A stretch of DNA of 64,000 bases, taken from the IMG/VR virus record IMGVR_UViG_3300032215_000643, positions 14,923 to 78,922 of that record, one strand, 5' to 3'. The notes beneath the pieces were generated by a model. That model was not told the DNA's origin. It did no database searches and saw only the letters and a list, made by a program, of their open reading frames with translations. The stretch's first letter is position 1, and each line of letters opens with the position of its first letter. This document shows, piece after piece, positions 1 through 10,673 of this stretch. A program made the translations under genes and the position numbers. The DNA is from a virus.

Positions 1-3000
1 GATTCTTCTGGAAATATGTTGGCAACAAGTGCCTCAATTAGTGGTTCTATAACTTCAAATGCTGGTAATATTGGTGGTTGGGCAATTACTTCTGGTAATC
101 TTACTTCCGGCTCTGGTGCAACAACAGTTGGTTTAACTACAGGAACATATGCTATTTATGCAGGTAATGCAACTCCATCATCTGCTCCTTTCAGTGTTAC
201 GAATACTGGTAATTTAATTGCAACAAATGCGACAATTAGCGGATCAATTAATGCAAGTTCTGGAACTTTTAGCGGAATACTAAATGCTACTACGGGTAGT
301 ATTGGTGGATTCTTAATTAACAATAATAGTCTATCTTCTTCTGGAGTTCTTATTTCTTCAAGTGCTGGATTAAGTTTAGGTTCTGCTGGTCAGTTTACAG
401 TAAATCAAGCAGGAGCAATGGTTGCTCAAACTGCTTCAATCACAGGACAAATATCTGCAAGTTCAGGAAACATTGCAGGATGGAGTTTGACTAATCAAGA
501 AATTGGAACTGGTACGGGAATAAATAGAATTGCTTTAAACTCTACCGCTTCACCTAAAATTTATATTGGTTATGGTAATTATGGAACGGGAGATACAGGA
601 TTTTATGTAGATTCCGCAGGATATTTCTCCCTTGGAAATCAATTGACCTTCGCCCCCGGTAAAGGTACTGCTTCAATTATTACAACATCTGCTACTTTTA
701 CAAATAACTCAGCAGTTTTAACAACTACATATAACAATAGTTCTAGTGTGATTATTCCCGGCATGTTGGTCACAAGCCTTGTCCTTCCAACTGGTGTCAA
801 AGTTGCAAGCGTTACTTATGGTACAAGTGCTACAGCATACCTTAACTATGTTTACCCCGGCACTACGCAAACAACTAATACAACTTTCCAGTCAGATAAT
901 CTTTCTTTGCTTACCGTTAATGGAACAATTCGCGGGGCTATAGATTCAATAAACCCAATTAGTTCCCCCACCTTGTTTACTACAGTTACATCTGCTTCCA
1001 TTAACACTGCTGCCAGTGCAGTATTATTTACTTCTTCTGCTGGACACTTTTTCAGTCCATCTAGTATTCTAATATTCTCAAATTTGCCAGCAACAAATAA
1101 TTTGAATTTACTTAATTATGCTGCATCTGCAGGAAATGCTTATTTGATTACAAGCACTCCAAACAGTATGCAGTTTACAATTAACTATGCGGGACTGGGT
1201 TTGACAACTGGAACTCCAGTAATATCAAGTCGTGCAAGTATTCAGCAGTTAACGATGGGTCTTCATCCAGCAATGAATGCTGGAACATCATGGGCCAATA
1301 ATACGGGAACAGGCGTGAGGCTTGATGATTATAACTGGTGGTTAGTCAATAATCAATTCCGCGTAGGAAATGCATTATCTTATTTTAAGTATGATGGTAC
1401 TCAATTCAGAGTTGCTGGTGGAGGTACTTATAACTTAATCATGCAAGTTGGTGCCCAAGATTCTGCTAATCAGTTTGCTATAACTTCTGGATCAACTGGC
1501 ACTTACAGTAGTTCTACCACTCCTTTCTATGTAGATGGTTCTGGAAAGATGAGTTTGGGAACGGGTCTTGTTTGGACAGGTTCAGGATTATCAATTGTCG
1601 GATCGGCTTCAATTAGTGGATCAATTGTGGCAAGCGTCGGTTCGGTTGGTGGATGGAACATTGCAGCGAATACCCTTTCTAGTGGATCAATTAACCTTGT
1701 ATCAGGTGCTGCTCCTAAAATTTATATCGGGGCAGGTACTTATAGTTCATCAAACACTCCATTTTATGTTGATAATAGTGGCAGCCTTAGCATTGGAAAT
1801 AAACTCACATGGAATGGCTCTAGGCTTTTAATTGGTGACCAAACAGGCGGTGCAGTTGGATTCCAAGCACCTTCTAATCCATCAGCAAGCGATATTGCAA
1901 TTTATGCGGGTGCTTCAGCATTATTAGGAGCATCAGCAGCACCTTTTAGAGTAACTTATGATGGGACAATGTATGCAACTGGGGCGGTTATATCAGGATC
2001 ACTCACTGCAACTTCTGGACAAATTGGAACTGGTAATGCAAATAATCGTTGGTATATAGGAACATCTGGTAATTATGGATCAATCAGAAATTATCCACTT
2101 ACAGCAAGTTATCCCGCCTTTGTACCGTCAGTAGGAACTAGTGGATATTCTAATACTTATTCACCTTCATACTCTGCCTATGTAGTTTCTGATTCATATT
2201 ATCCTGCAGCAATAGAAATAGATTCTTCAGGTTATATTCATATAAGAAGAAAAAATTATCAACCTTACGATACATCGTCTGCACAAAATTTGGCACAAGG
2301 AATCGTCCTTGATTCAACTGCAAATAATGATCGCATTAATGCAATCATGTGGTGGGGAGATGGTTCTGAAACACAAGACATAATAGATCAAGTTCCTTTC
2401 TATGTAGATATAAATGGAAATCTTTACAGCAAAACAGCAGATACAGATACCCTTTCTGCAAATACTTTATCTGTTGGAAATCTTTCTGCAGACAATTTTT
2501 ATTTAGGAGAATTTGCTGGCGAAGGTTCTGGTTTCAAAACACTTTCAGCAGTATCGGACGGACTTGGATACATAACTTATACAATTAACGATACTAGTAG
2601 TCAGGGTTTCTATTCTTATGGAATCGCTATTGGTGAAAAAATAAAAATTTCAAACATGCCATTGTCATCAAATGGTTCTGATATTTATAATTCATCTAAG
2701 CAACAGGATTTAACATTTACTATATCTGATCAAAATTTTTCGGATGCCACTCAAACATTTAGCGTTTTTAATCCTGATGCTATTGGTATATATGAAAGTA
2801 TTGCTCCTTCAGATTCGGCGTTTGGTATTGTAGTTAACTCGGTTCTTGTTTCTGATGCTATAACTGGAAATGTAGAAATTGGACCACAGCATCAAGTTCC
2901 AATATCTTATGATGGTTCAGTGCCAAGGGGTATTTCTGATGGAGATATTTATTTAGATTTAGTTAAATTACCTCCATATCCTTCTTTTTATGAATTAAAA

Positions 3001-4209
3001 GGTCCAGCACCCTTCTACCCAGTTTCTCCATCTGTAACAAATGCTGTCGCAAACAATTACCAGAAGCACCCATTGTTCTCTAACATACAGGTTCAAGTTC
3101 CTGCAGATGGAGTTTTGAAAGCAAAATTTAAAGGAATGTATAGATTTAGTAATGTTGATACAATAATTGGAGCATTCATGTCTGCTTTTCCAATATCAAA
3201 AATAGTTAATGTATCTGGGATAGCCTCGCAACCTTGGGTTTATTCTTCTTTTGATAATAGTTCAAATGATATTGGTCCTAGTGCTTCTTTAATAACAACA
3301 GCAAGTAATTTTTCTGGTGGAATATCTGCAACAGCAACAGTTACTGCAGCAACAACGGGGATACCTATTCTTTCTGCAGGTAGAATTTTTATTCCAGCAA
3401 ATTCACTTTTTAGTTCTTCTACAGTAGCAGCAACGAATGTATCATTTGATAATGATAATATTTTGGATGGCATGTTCTTATCCGCTTCTGTTAGTGGTTC
3501 TAGTGGACCGGGTACTTTTACGGCAAGTATATCAAATATTACAACAGGATTTTTTTCTGTTGGAACATTAATAATCCCAGCATATACTGCATCCTTAAGT
3601 AATCCTACTGCTAGTATTATTTCTACAAATGCATCTGTGCCCGGTGCAATTGTTCCCGGCATGATCATAAGGGATAGCAGTTCAAAACTGTATCAGATTA
3701 AAACATTTTCATTATCAAATAATATTGGAGTTGTTACTCTTACGGCCTCAACAACATCTGTGAATCTTTCAGCATCAGTGTTTAATGCAGTATCCCTTGG
3801 GACAACTATTCCATCTAACCTTGTATATAACGCATCGGCTTTTAATGTTTTTAAAATATCTTCTTTTGTAAATTCAAATTTTGCATTAACACCAGCATCA
3901 ACTCAATTTTTAGTAACTGATCAAACAGAAGGTAATGCGCTAGGATGGCAAACATATACAAAAATTCTCGGCTTTACCCCCCCTGCTATTTATCAAAGTT
4001 TTTCATTCGAAAAAGTAATACCATTAAAAAATGTTCAACAGGGCGGGCAAATAATGAATTTTGACTATAACGCTTTTTATTATGGAACAACTGCTCCAAG
4101 TGTTACATACAGTCATTGGCAATTTGAATATTATCCTTATGGATATTACAGTGGAGATACTTTCTCTGGAGGAAGCGAAACTCCAACAACTCCGACAATT
4201 GGTATATAA
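1..4209 (+). CDS. Large tail/fibre structural protein, probably 5'-truncated (frame open from base 1)
   Basis: About 1400 aa, Ser/Thr/Gly-rich, with repeated 'SG.I.A..G.IGGW.I' and 'PFYVD.SG' modules typical of phage tail proteins. Confidence 0.75.
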   Translation, partial: DSSGNMLATSASISGSITSNAGNIGGWAITSGNLTSGSGATTVGLTTGTYAIYAGNATPSSAPFSVTNTGNLIATNATISGSINASSGTFSGILNATTGSIGGFLINNNSLSSSGVLISSSAGLSLGSAGQFTVNQAGAMVAQTASITGQISASSGNIAGWSLTNQEIGTGTGINRIALNSTASPKIYIGYGNYGTGDTGFYVDSAGYFSLGNQLTFAPGKGTASIITTSATFTNNSAVLTTTYNNSSSVIIPGMLVTSLVLPTGVKVASVTYGTSATAYLNYVYPGTTQTTNTTFQSDNLSLLTVNGTIRGAIDSINPISSPTLFTTVTSASINTAASAVLFTSSAGHFFSPSSILIFSNLPATNNLNLLNYAASAGNAYLITSTPNSMQFTINYAGLGLTTGTPVISSRASIQQLTMGLHPAMNAGTSWANNTGTGVRLDDYNWWLVNNQFRVGNALSYFKYDGTQFRVAGGGTYNLIMQVGAQDSANQFAITSGSTGTYSSSTTPFYVDGSGKMSLGTGLVWTGSGLSIVGSASISGSIVASVGSVGGWNIAANTLSSGSINLVSGAAPKIYIGAGTYSSSNTPFYVDNSGSLSIGNKLTWNGSRLLIGDQTGGAVGFQAPSNPSASDIAIYAGASALLGASAAPFRVTYDGTMYATGAVISGSLTATSGQIGTGNANNRWYIGTSGNYGSIRNYPLTASYPAFVPSVGTSGYSNTYSPSYSAYVVSDSYYPAAIEIDSSGYIHIRRKNYQPYDTSSAQNLAQGIVLDSTANNDRINAIMWWGDGSETQDIIDQVPFYVDINGNLYSKTADTDTLSANTLSVGNLSADNFYLGEFAGEGSGFKTLSAVSDGLGYITYTINDTSSQGFYSYGIAIGEKIKISNMPLSSNGSDIYNSSKQQDLTFTISDQNFSDATQTFSVFNPDAIGIYESIAPSDSAFGIVVNSVLVSDAITGNVEIGPQHQVPISYDGSVPRGISDGDIYLDLVKLPPYPSFYELKGPAPFYPVSPSVTNAVANNYQKHPLFSNIQVQVPADGVLKAKFKGMYRFSNVDTIIGAFMSAFPISKIVNVSGIASQPWVYSSFDNSSNDIGPSASLITTASNFSGGISATATVTAATTGIPILSAGRIFIPANSLFSSSTVAATNVSFDNDNILDGMFLSASVSGSSGPGTFTASISNITTGFFSVGTLIIPAYTASLSNPTASIISTNASVPGAIVPGMIIRDSSSKLYQIKTFSLSNNIGVVTLTASTTSVNLSASVFNAVSLGTTIPSNLVYNASAFNVFKISSFVNSNFALTPASTQFLVTDQTEGNALGWQTYTKILGFTPPAIYQSFSFEKVIPLKNVQQGGQIMNFDYNAFYYGTTAPSVTYSHWQFEYYPYGYYSGDTFSGGSETPTTPTIGI

Positions 4210-4216
4210 TAGTAGT

Positions 4217-5236
4217 ATGCCAGATTTTATTTCTTATTATAAAAACAATAAATATCCTTCAGCCCAACAACAACTTTCTATTGGTCAAGTATCAGGAACC
4301 CCCATAACAGTTGTTCTTAATGTTCCATCTCAAGTAAACTCAGGAGTTTCATTTTACTTCAGCGGAACTTTATCAGCAGCAGGAACAGGGACGATTACTA
4401 TTCAAAAATTGAATGGTACAGCATGGACTACTGTGACAACAGCCGTTGCTGGTTCTTCATGGACAAGTCTAACTATGACTCCAATCACGACTGGAACTAC
4501 TTTTAGGGCTTTTTACAGTGGAGATGCTACTTATCAACAAAATTATTCATCTTCTAAAACAGTAAAATGTTGGGGTATAAAAACTAATCAGCAGAAAATT
4601 TTTTCATGCTATTCGTCAAGGAGTCACTACGCTGTTAATTCTAATACATATTCAAGTTTAGTTAGAACTGATTCTGGAAATGATCTTTATCAAGGGTACA
4701 CATCTTCTACTTATGCAAAACAGGTATCTCAAATATATTTTGATAATGCAAGTAGTATTATAAATGGTTATCTTAATGTTGAAGGTGGTGGTGGCAGTAC
4801 CTCTACCATAATTGGATATTTTAATTCTTTAAGTTCTGTAACTATTACAAAAGTTGAACTTTATTTAAATTGTAAATCATGGGCTGTGTCAAGTGGCGGC
4901 ACCGCTTACGTTTTTCCATCTATTTATCTCGCTCTTGTAGGTGCAACAAATATGGATTTTGCATTTTACTCAGGAGTACCTGCAATAAGTGCTTCATGGT
5001 CTACAGTGTCTGGTTCAAAATGGATTGATGTTTCTTCTTTTAATTATATGGGACCATCCCTAGGAAAATGGGACTATACCCTCAACGGCAATGTGATCAA
5101 TTTTTGGGCCATGTTTAATGGCTTTGATTTAGCAAGAAATAATACATCAAATATATATTATGGAAGATTTACGGGTAATGGTGATTCAGCAGAACCTCAA
5201 CTAAGATTTACCTATTCTTATTACACTTACGTTTAG
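4217..5236 (+). CDS. Minor tail/virion protein with Ig-like N-terminal region
   Basis: Start reassigned to ATG 4217, just after the previous stop and a TATAAT box; Ig-like 'TFRAFYSGDATYQ'; C-terminal 'YYGRFTG...PQLRFTY' resembles actinophage minor tail proteins. Confidence 0.6.
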   Translation: MPDFISYYKNNKYPSAQQQLSIGQVSGTPITVVLNVPSQVNSGVSFYFSGTLSAAGTGTITIQKLNGTAWTTVTTAVAGSSWTSLTMTPITTGTTFRAFYSGDATYQQNYSSSKTVKCWGIKTNQQKIFSCYSSRSHYAVNSNTYSSLVRTDSGNDLYQGYTSSTYAKQVSQIYFDNASSIINGYLNVEGGGGSTSTIIGYFNSLSSVTITKVELYLNCKSWAVSSGGTAYVFPSIYLALVGATNMDFAFYSGVPAISASWSTVSGSKWIDVSSFNYMGPSLGKWDYTLNGNVINFWAMFNGFDLARNNTSNIYYGRFTGNGDSAEPQLRFTYSYYTYV

Positions 5237-5241
5237 ATATT

Positions 5242-5254
5242 TGATATAATTAAA
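5242..5254 (+). promoter_or_regulatory. Extended -10 promoter TGATATAATTAAA (candidate late promoter)
   Basis: Identical 13-mer also at 43377 and 45744, each upstream of structural genes. Confidence 0.65.
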
Positions 5255-5274
5255 GAAAATGACGCGGAGATGAA

Positions 5275-5631
5275 ATGAAAGAAGTTAATTACAACATTAT
5301 TCAGGGTGACAATTTTCAATTGTCCCTGACTTATACCGACTCTTTAAATGTTCCCATTAATTTAACAGGTGCCTCAGCATATTTTGAGGTTAGAGATAAG
5401 CCGGGTGGTAGTATTTTGTCTGCTACTGCTTCTGGCGCTCCCGGCATTACAGGAGATGGTATTACGTTTACTGCCTCTGCTGGTTTAATAAATTTAAACA
5501 TAAATCCCTCTAAGACTAAACTTTTTAATTATCCAAAATCTGCTTATCAGTTACAATTAACATCTTCTGGCGGGATTAAAACAACTCTCCTTCAAGGATG
5601 GTTCCTTGTTAATGCAGGGGTTATTAATTAA
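5275..5631 (+). CDS. Virion structural protein (BppU/LtfC-like beta-sandwich fibre adaptor)
   Basis: 'IIQGDNF.LSLTY.D...PINLTG.SAYFEVR...YQLQL...LLQG.F.V' pattern seen in phage fibre-attachment proteins. Confidence 0.6.
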   Translation: MKEVNYNIIQGDNFQLSLTYTDSLNVPINLTGASAYFEVRDKPGGSILSATASGAPGITGDGITFTASAGLINLNINPSKTKLFNYPKSAYQLQLTSSGGIKTTLLQGWFLVNAGVIN

Positions 5632-6053
5632 TGACAAAAAACATTATAATAGAACAGACAAGTGTTCATAATGTAGAAACAGAAAAAGTTGTCAATCAAG
5701 TTGTTATGGTTGAACATTCTAACATTCTTGCTGTTTCTGATGTTGGGGTTCAAGGTCCACCGGGTTCTACTGGTCCACAGGGTTTAACTGGGCCTCAAGG
5801 TGCATCAGGACCGCAAGGTTCAACTGGCCCACAGGGTCCGGTAGGAGATGCGACAGCAGTATTAAGTTACAGGTTTGAGCAACAAAGTTCGTCGGCAGTA
5901 TGGAATATTACTCATAATCTTGGATACAGGCCAGCAGTAACAATTCAAGATTATGGACAAAATACAATAGAAGGGGATGTGCGTCACATATCTGTGAATA
6001 ACTTGACAGTAAGTTTTTCAACCGGAGTCTCTGGGTATGCATATCTTTCATAG
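5631..6053 (+). CDS. Collagen-repeat virion protein
   Basis: About 11 Gly-X-Y triplets followed by a 'WNITHNLGYRPAV' domain. Confidence 0.75.
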   Translation: MTKNIIIEQTSVHNVETEKVVNQVVMVEHSNILAVSDVGVQGPPGSTGPQGLTGPQGASGPQGSTGPQGPVGDATAVLSYRFEQQSSSAVWNITHNLGYRPAVTIQDYGQNTIEGDVRHISVNNLTVSFSTGVSGYAYLS

Positions 6054-6063
6054 GAGATAGTAA

Positions 6064-8211
6064 ATGGCTAAAAAGTTTCTAGTTAATATTGATTTGGGTG
6101 GGAATCAACTTTTAAATGCTTTAGCACACCCACAGTCAGGATCACCAACTGCTTATGGAAAAGGGCAGTTATGGTTCGATACAAATAATAATCAATTAAA
6201 TGTTTACAATGGTACAACTTTCGTACCCTTGACCACTGGTGGAACTTCTGTTACATCTCTTAATGGTTATACAGGTGGCGTTACCCTTTATGGCACTGCA
6301 AGTCAAGTTACAGTAACAAATACTGGTACCGGATCGATTACTTTCTCCCTACCTTCTACAGTTTCTTTAACAACTGCATGTGCAACTAATTTTTACGGTG
6401 CATTTAATGGTACTGTTACAAACTCTACCCAATTAAATAATCAAAATGCTTCATACTACGCTCCAATTGCTAGTCCAAACTTTACTACTGGAGCATCGGT
6501 AGCGGGTAATAGAATTATTACCATAGCGGATAAATTTACTGCTGCAGGTGCCGCAGTGTCTTCATCAGAACTTGCTGGCGTTATGTCTGATGAGACAGGT
6601 ACCGGAAACCTAGTATTTAATAATGCGCCGACGTTTGCTGGAACTGTAAATCTTGGAACATCTGTTGCTTCAGGTTCTGTAACAACAGCACTTAATTCAT
6701 CAAGTTTTGGTAGTCAGCCCATTTCGTACTTTGCCCCAATTACTAATCCTAATTTTACAACTGGTGCATCTGTCGGTGGAAATAGAATTACAACTATTGT
6801 GGATAAGTTTACTGCTCACACTGCTGCAGTATCGTCATCTGAATTAGCCGGTGTTATTTCTGATGAAACTGGTACTGGCGCACTTGTATTTAATAACTCA
6901 CCATCGTTTGTTACACCAAATATTGGTACTGCTACTGGTTCTGTAACATATGCAACAAATGCGGGGAATGCTAACACAGTAACAAATGGTATTTATATTA
7001 CTGATACTGGAACAGTCACATCAACAATGATTTTGAACGGAACTATCCTTGATACTGATATTAATGCTGTTGCCGGGATTGCTGTAAGCAAATTATCAGC
7101 AAGTCAAGTAACTATTGGTTCAACAGCAATTGGTTTAGGAACTACTGCAAATTCAATTGTTGGTTTAACAACTGCATGTGCGACAAATTTCTATGGAGCG
7201 TTTAACGGGAATGCTACGACAGCGACAACTGCAACTAACCTTTCTGGCGGTACAGTCAATGCTACAACAGGATCATTCTCAAGCACTCTTAATGTTACTG
7301 GCACATCAACTCTAGGAACAGCAAATACTGGTGCCTTAACAGCAACAACAGGATCTTTTTCAAGTACTCTTAACGTCACAGGTACATCAACTTTAGGTGC
7401 AACAAATGTTGGTGCTTTAACCGCAACTAGTGGTACTATCGGTGGAAATACAATTGCTACAAGTGCAAATAATTTAGGGTTTTTTGCAACGGGCGGGAAT
7501 ATAAACCCTGCGACCATAACAACAACAGGCGATGTAACTATTGGTGGGACACTCTACCTTTCAGGATCTTCTACATATGTTTCAAGTAGTATTACAGTAA
7601 TTCAAGATCCAATGATATACCTTGGTCATGATAATCCAACAAACATTTGGGATCTTGGTTTCGTTGCTTCATTTACTTCACCACAGTACCAACATACGGG
7701 CTTTGTCAGAGATCATAATCTTACAAACACATGGAGACTTTTTTCTGGTGCCGCTGAGCCTGCTAATGCAAGCGTAAACTTTGCTGGTGCTAGTGTTATT
7801 CACGATACACTTGCATTGGGTTCATGGCAAGTTATGTCAGGTTCAGGTACTGGAACGGTAACCGCATCTATCACAAATGCTGGTTTCTTAACTGCCCCAA
7901 GCGCCAACTTTACAAGTGCCCTACAATTTAATGGTGCAGCAGTAGCGACTCAAGCATACGTTACTGCTAACTCTACAGCCAAATATACAGGAACAATAAC
8001 TGGAACAGGATCTTTAAATTCCTTTACCGTTACCCACAACCTTGGGACAAGAGATGTTATTGTTCAAGTTTATCAAACATCTGCTACTCCAGATACTCAG
8101 TATGCGTCGGTAGAAGTGGATATTGCTAGAACATCAGCATCGGTTGTAACCGTATCCTTTGCAAGCAATGTCGCAAATGGCGACACTTATAACGTAGTCG
8201 TTCACGGATAA
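6064..8211 (+). CDS. Tail fibre protein with internal repeats
   Basis: Duplicated 'SDETGTG.LVFNN.P' module, 27-aa tandem repeat, C-terminal 'VTHNLGTRDVIVQVY' domain. Confidence 0.75.
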   Translation: MAKKFLVNIDLGGNQLLNALAHPQSGSPTAYGKGQLWFDTNNNQLNVYNGTTFVPLTTGGTSVTSLNGYTGGVTLYGTASQVTVTNTGTGSITFSLPSTVSLTTACATNFYGAFNGTVTNSTQLNNQNASYYAPIASPNFTTGASVAGNRIITIADKFTAAGAAVSSSELAGVMSDETGTGNLVFNNAPTFAGTVNLGTSVASGSVTTALNSSSFGSQPISYFAPITNPNFTTGASVGGNRITTIVDKFTAHTAAVSSSELAGVISDETGTGALVFNNSPSFVTPNIGTATGSVTYATNAGNANTVTNGIYITDTGTVTSTMILNGTILDTDINAVAGIAVSKLSASQVTIGSTAIGLGTTANSIVGLTTACATNFYGAFNGNATTATTATNLSGGTVNATTGSFSSTLNVTGTSTLGTANTGALTATTGSFSSTLNVTGTSTLGATNVGALTATSGTIGGNTIATSANNLGFFATGGNINPATITTTGDVTIGGTLYLSGSSTYVSSSITVIQDPMIYLGHDNPTNIWDLGFVASFTSPQYQHTGFVRDHNLTNTWRLFSGAAEPANASVNFAGASVIHDTLALGSWQVMSGSGTGTVTASITNAGFLTAPSANFTSALQFNGAAVATQAYVTANSTAKYTGTITGTGSLNSFTVTHNLGTRDVIVQVYQTSATPDTQYASVEVDIARTSASVVTVSFASNVANGDTYNVVVHG
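7261..7430 (+). repeat. Two imperfect tandem copies of an 81-bp (27-aa) repeat inside the fibre gene
   Basis: ATTGSFSSTLNVTGTSTLG....GALT repeated in the translation. Confidence 0.8.
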
Positions 8212-8213
8212 CA

Positions 8214-9269
8214 ATGACAAAGCAATTTAAAGTTGGCATATATGCACCTAGTGCCACGTTTGTTACAGCATCAATAACAGGCGGGACAGTTGCAGGCGCT
8301 AACGTGTTCCTTGGAACTGCAACATATGGATCTTCAGCAACACCCTTTTATGCAAATAATAGCGGAAGTGTAAGCATTGGAAATAAACTTACATGGAATG
8401 GGTCTACTTTATCAATTGGTGATACTTCAAATGGTACTGTAGGATTATCTGCTCCCGCCAATCCATCTGCAAGCAATATAGCCATTTATGCAGGAGCATC
8501 TGCTTATTCTAGTGCATCAATAGCCCCTTTTAGGATAGATTATGCTGGAAACCTTTTTTCTTCAAGTGCCAACATTTCTGGTGGAAGTGCTAATTTTACA
8601 AATGGAGCGTCCGTTAATTCAAATAGAATTACAACTGTTGCAGATAAATTTACTGCTCTCGTTGGAATAGTCGCATCATCTGAATTAATTGCGCTCGTAT
8701 CTGATAAAACTGGATCGGGAAGTCTGGTATTTAGTAACTCCCCTTCTTTTATAACGCCAAACATTGGCAATGCAACTGGTTCAGTTTCTTATGCAAGTAA
8801 CTCAGCCTCTTTAAACAATATTGCTGGATCATCTTATGCACAATTATCTTCTGCTAATTTTACATCAGCCAGCGTTGGATCTAATCCAATATACACTAAG
8901 TCTACCGCACCCTATCAACCACAAACATTTTTTTACACAGGCTCTGTTGCAGTTTATACATCTTCTTCACGATTTTATAATGATACAGGTGGAACAAGAT
9001 CAATTATTTCTGTAAGGGCAAGCGTAGGTTCAGCACCAACTGGATCTGCCATGCTTATTGATGTGAGAAAAAATGGAACATCTGCTTCAAATACTATTTT
9101 TACAGGCAGTTCAATATCTATTCCTGCAACATCATTTACTTCTGGAGCATCTACATCATTTAATTCTGGAAGTTCTTTGGCCCCCAATGATTATTTAACT
9201 GTTGCTATTTCTCAAGTAGGGTCAACCGCAGCAGGCTCTGATTTAACAATACAAGTTAACTGGAGTTAA
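8214..9269 (+). CDS. Mosaic tail fibre protein (cassette A)
   Basis: Shares modules with 1..4209 and 6064..8211; C-terminal domain paralogous to 43590..44999. Confidence 0.75.
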   Translation: MTKQFKVGIYAPSATFVTASITGGTVAGANVFLGTATYGSSATPFYANNSGSVSIGNKLTWNGSTLSIGDTSNGTVGLSAPANPSASNIAIYAGASAYSSASIAPFRIDYAGNLFSSSANISGGSANFTNGASVNSNRITTVADKFTALVGIVASSELIALVSDKTGSGSLVFSNSPSFITPNIGNATGSVSYASNSASLNNIAGSSYAQLSSANFTSASVGSNPIYTKSTAPYQPQTFFYTGSVAVYTSSSRFYNDTGGTRSIISVRASVGSAPTGSAMLIDVRKNGTSASNTIFTGSSISIPATSFTSGASTSFNSGSSLAPNDYLTVAISQVGSTAAGSDLTIQVNWS

Positions 9270-9270
9270 T

Positions 9271-10017
9271 GTGGCTGTTGCAGTTAGAAGCATAAGCGGA
9301 AGTACTACAAATGCGGCAACTACTGGAGCCAACTCTTTGGCTACGGCAGCGCCTTCTGGAAAATCCACTGGCGATCTTCTGGTTTTAATTGTTTCTAACA
9401 GGAGTAATATTGGTCTTGGTGTACCGGCACTTGGCACTGGATCGGCAGGATGGAGTGCGGCATCACCTTTTTCTTCTGCATCAGTAACTGCAACTGGCAC
9501 TAGCGGTATTTCAACTAAATGGTGGTGGCGTGTTGCAGACGGAAGTGCAAACGATACCCCAACAGTAACAGGTTCTTTTACAAGCGGTGATGACGGTAAT
9601 ATTTCTTATTCCCTCCTTGCTTTGACGGGTGCTTTAAATAGTGGACCGGGTGATGTTGGAGCAGCATCCACGGCTTCATCTGGAGCGAATGTTCTTCCAA
9701 CAATTACAACTACTCAGGCAGCAGATTTACAAATTGGTTGCTGGGGAAGTTATGACAGTACGGGGAATAATCTAGCAACCTTTGGTGCAGTTCCATCAGG
9801 TTGGACTTTTTCTGGTTCGACAGCAAACGCGACGCTTGGTAATATTAATGGTGGTCAGTACGTTGCGTATAGAACAATTGCTTCTGCAAGTACGGTAACG
9901 GGTGCTTCAGTTTCACACTCTACAGTTGCTCAGCAAACAATGACAACTGTAGCAATTAAAATTGCAGTCACTTCTGTTATAACTAATAAAATTGGTTGGG
10001 GTACGTCAATAATATGA
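9271..10017 (+). CDS. Putative fibre tip/receptor-binding protein (cassette A)
   Basis: 'GDLLVLIV...W...KWWWRVADG' beta-sandwich pattern; ends IGWG like 45001..45681. Confidence 0.55.
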   Translation: MAVAVRSISGSTTNAATTGANSLATAAPSGKSTGDLLVLIVSNRSNIGLGVPALGTGSAGWSAASPFSSASVTATGTSGISTKWWWRVADGSANDTPTVTGSFTSGDDGNISYSLLALTGALNSGPGDVGAASTASSGANVLPTITTTQAADLQIGCWGSYDSTGNNLATFGAVPSGWTFSGSTANATLGNINGGQYVAYRTIASASTVTGASVSHSTVAQQTMTTVAIKIAVTSVITNKIGWGTSII

Positions 10018-10031
10018 AATTTGGTAAAATA

Positions 10032-10067
10032 TATAGTCTAGCCTATAAATAAAAATATTGTTATACT
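10032..10067 (+). repeat. 36-bp direct repeat, copy 1, containing extended -10 TGTTATACT
   Basis: TATAGTCTAGCCTATAAATAAAAATATTGTTATACT is identical at 45672-45707. Confidence 0.9.
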
Positions 10068-10090
10068 ATACAAGACACGAAAGGAAAAAT

Positions 10091-10312
10091 ATGTCACAGC
10101 AAGCAGTTGAACAACCACAGGCACCTCAGCAGGTTATCGAACTAGTGGTGCAGGAACTTCAGAATCGTATTGGTCAGGTAACGACTCAGTACGAAACAAA
10201 TATGGCTGTGCTTAAGGCACAGGCAACAACAGAAATTCAGAGCCGCGATAAGCGTATTGAAGAACTTTCAAGGGCGTTAGCAAATGCTGCGTCGAAGAAC
10301 TCAAGTAATTAA
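10091..10312 (+). CDS. Coiled-coil hypothetical protein
   Basis: RBS AAGGA before ATG 10091; heptad-like helical sequence. Confidence 0.65.
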   Translation: MSQQAVEQPQAPQQVIELVVQELQNRIGQVTTQYETNMAVLKAQATTEIQSRDKRIEELSRALANAASKNSSN

Positions 10313-10673
10313 TAATACAAGAGTCCCCGGCGGGTTAATTGCAAGTACTGAAAAGGGCGATTATCTTGTTAAAGGTGATAAAAGGTTCAAGTTTGTATCA
10401 TCAAGAGCCAGAGATTCTTGGAATTTAAAAACAGTTAAAACTACAGAATTTGCAATGTCTTCATATAAAATTGCTGGTGTTGTAGGTTTTCGTGATGGTA
10501 CTTTAATTAGGGATATATCTAGTCATAAGATATACTTAATATCAGACTACAAAAAACATCATGTTGTCTCTCCCGACTTTTTTAAAAGTTTGGGGTATAG
10601 CATGAAAGATGTCCTACTTGTTTCTTCTAAAGAATTAGTAGTTCATCAAGAAGGAGAACCTTTATATGGCTAA
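10284..10673 (+). CDS. Hypothetical protein
   Basis: 129-aa ORF in operon. Confidence 0.55.
   Translation: MLRRRTQVINNTRVPGGLIASTEKGDYLVKGDKRFKFVSSRARDSWNLKTVKTTEFAMSSYKIAGVVGFRDGTLIRDISSHKIYLISDYKKHHVVSPDFFKSLGYSMKDVLLVSSKELVVHQEGEPLYG

Noticed and set aside
4061-4216. N-terminal extension of ORF 4061-5236 (similarly 16152, 31736, 57148, 62851)
   Set aside because: The extensions overlap upstream genes; downstream ATGs have better RBS, promoter or coupling support
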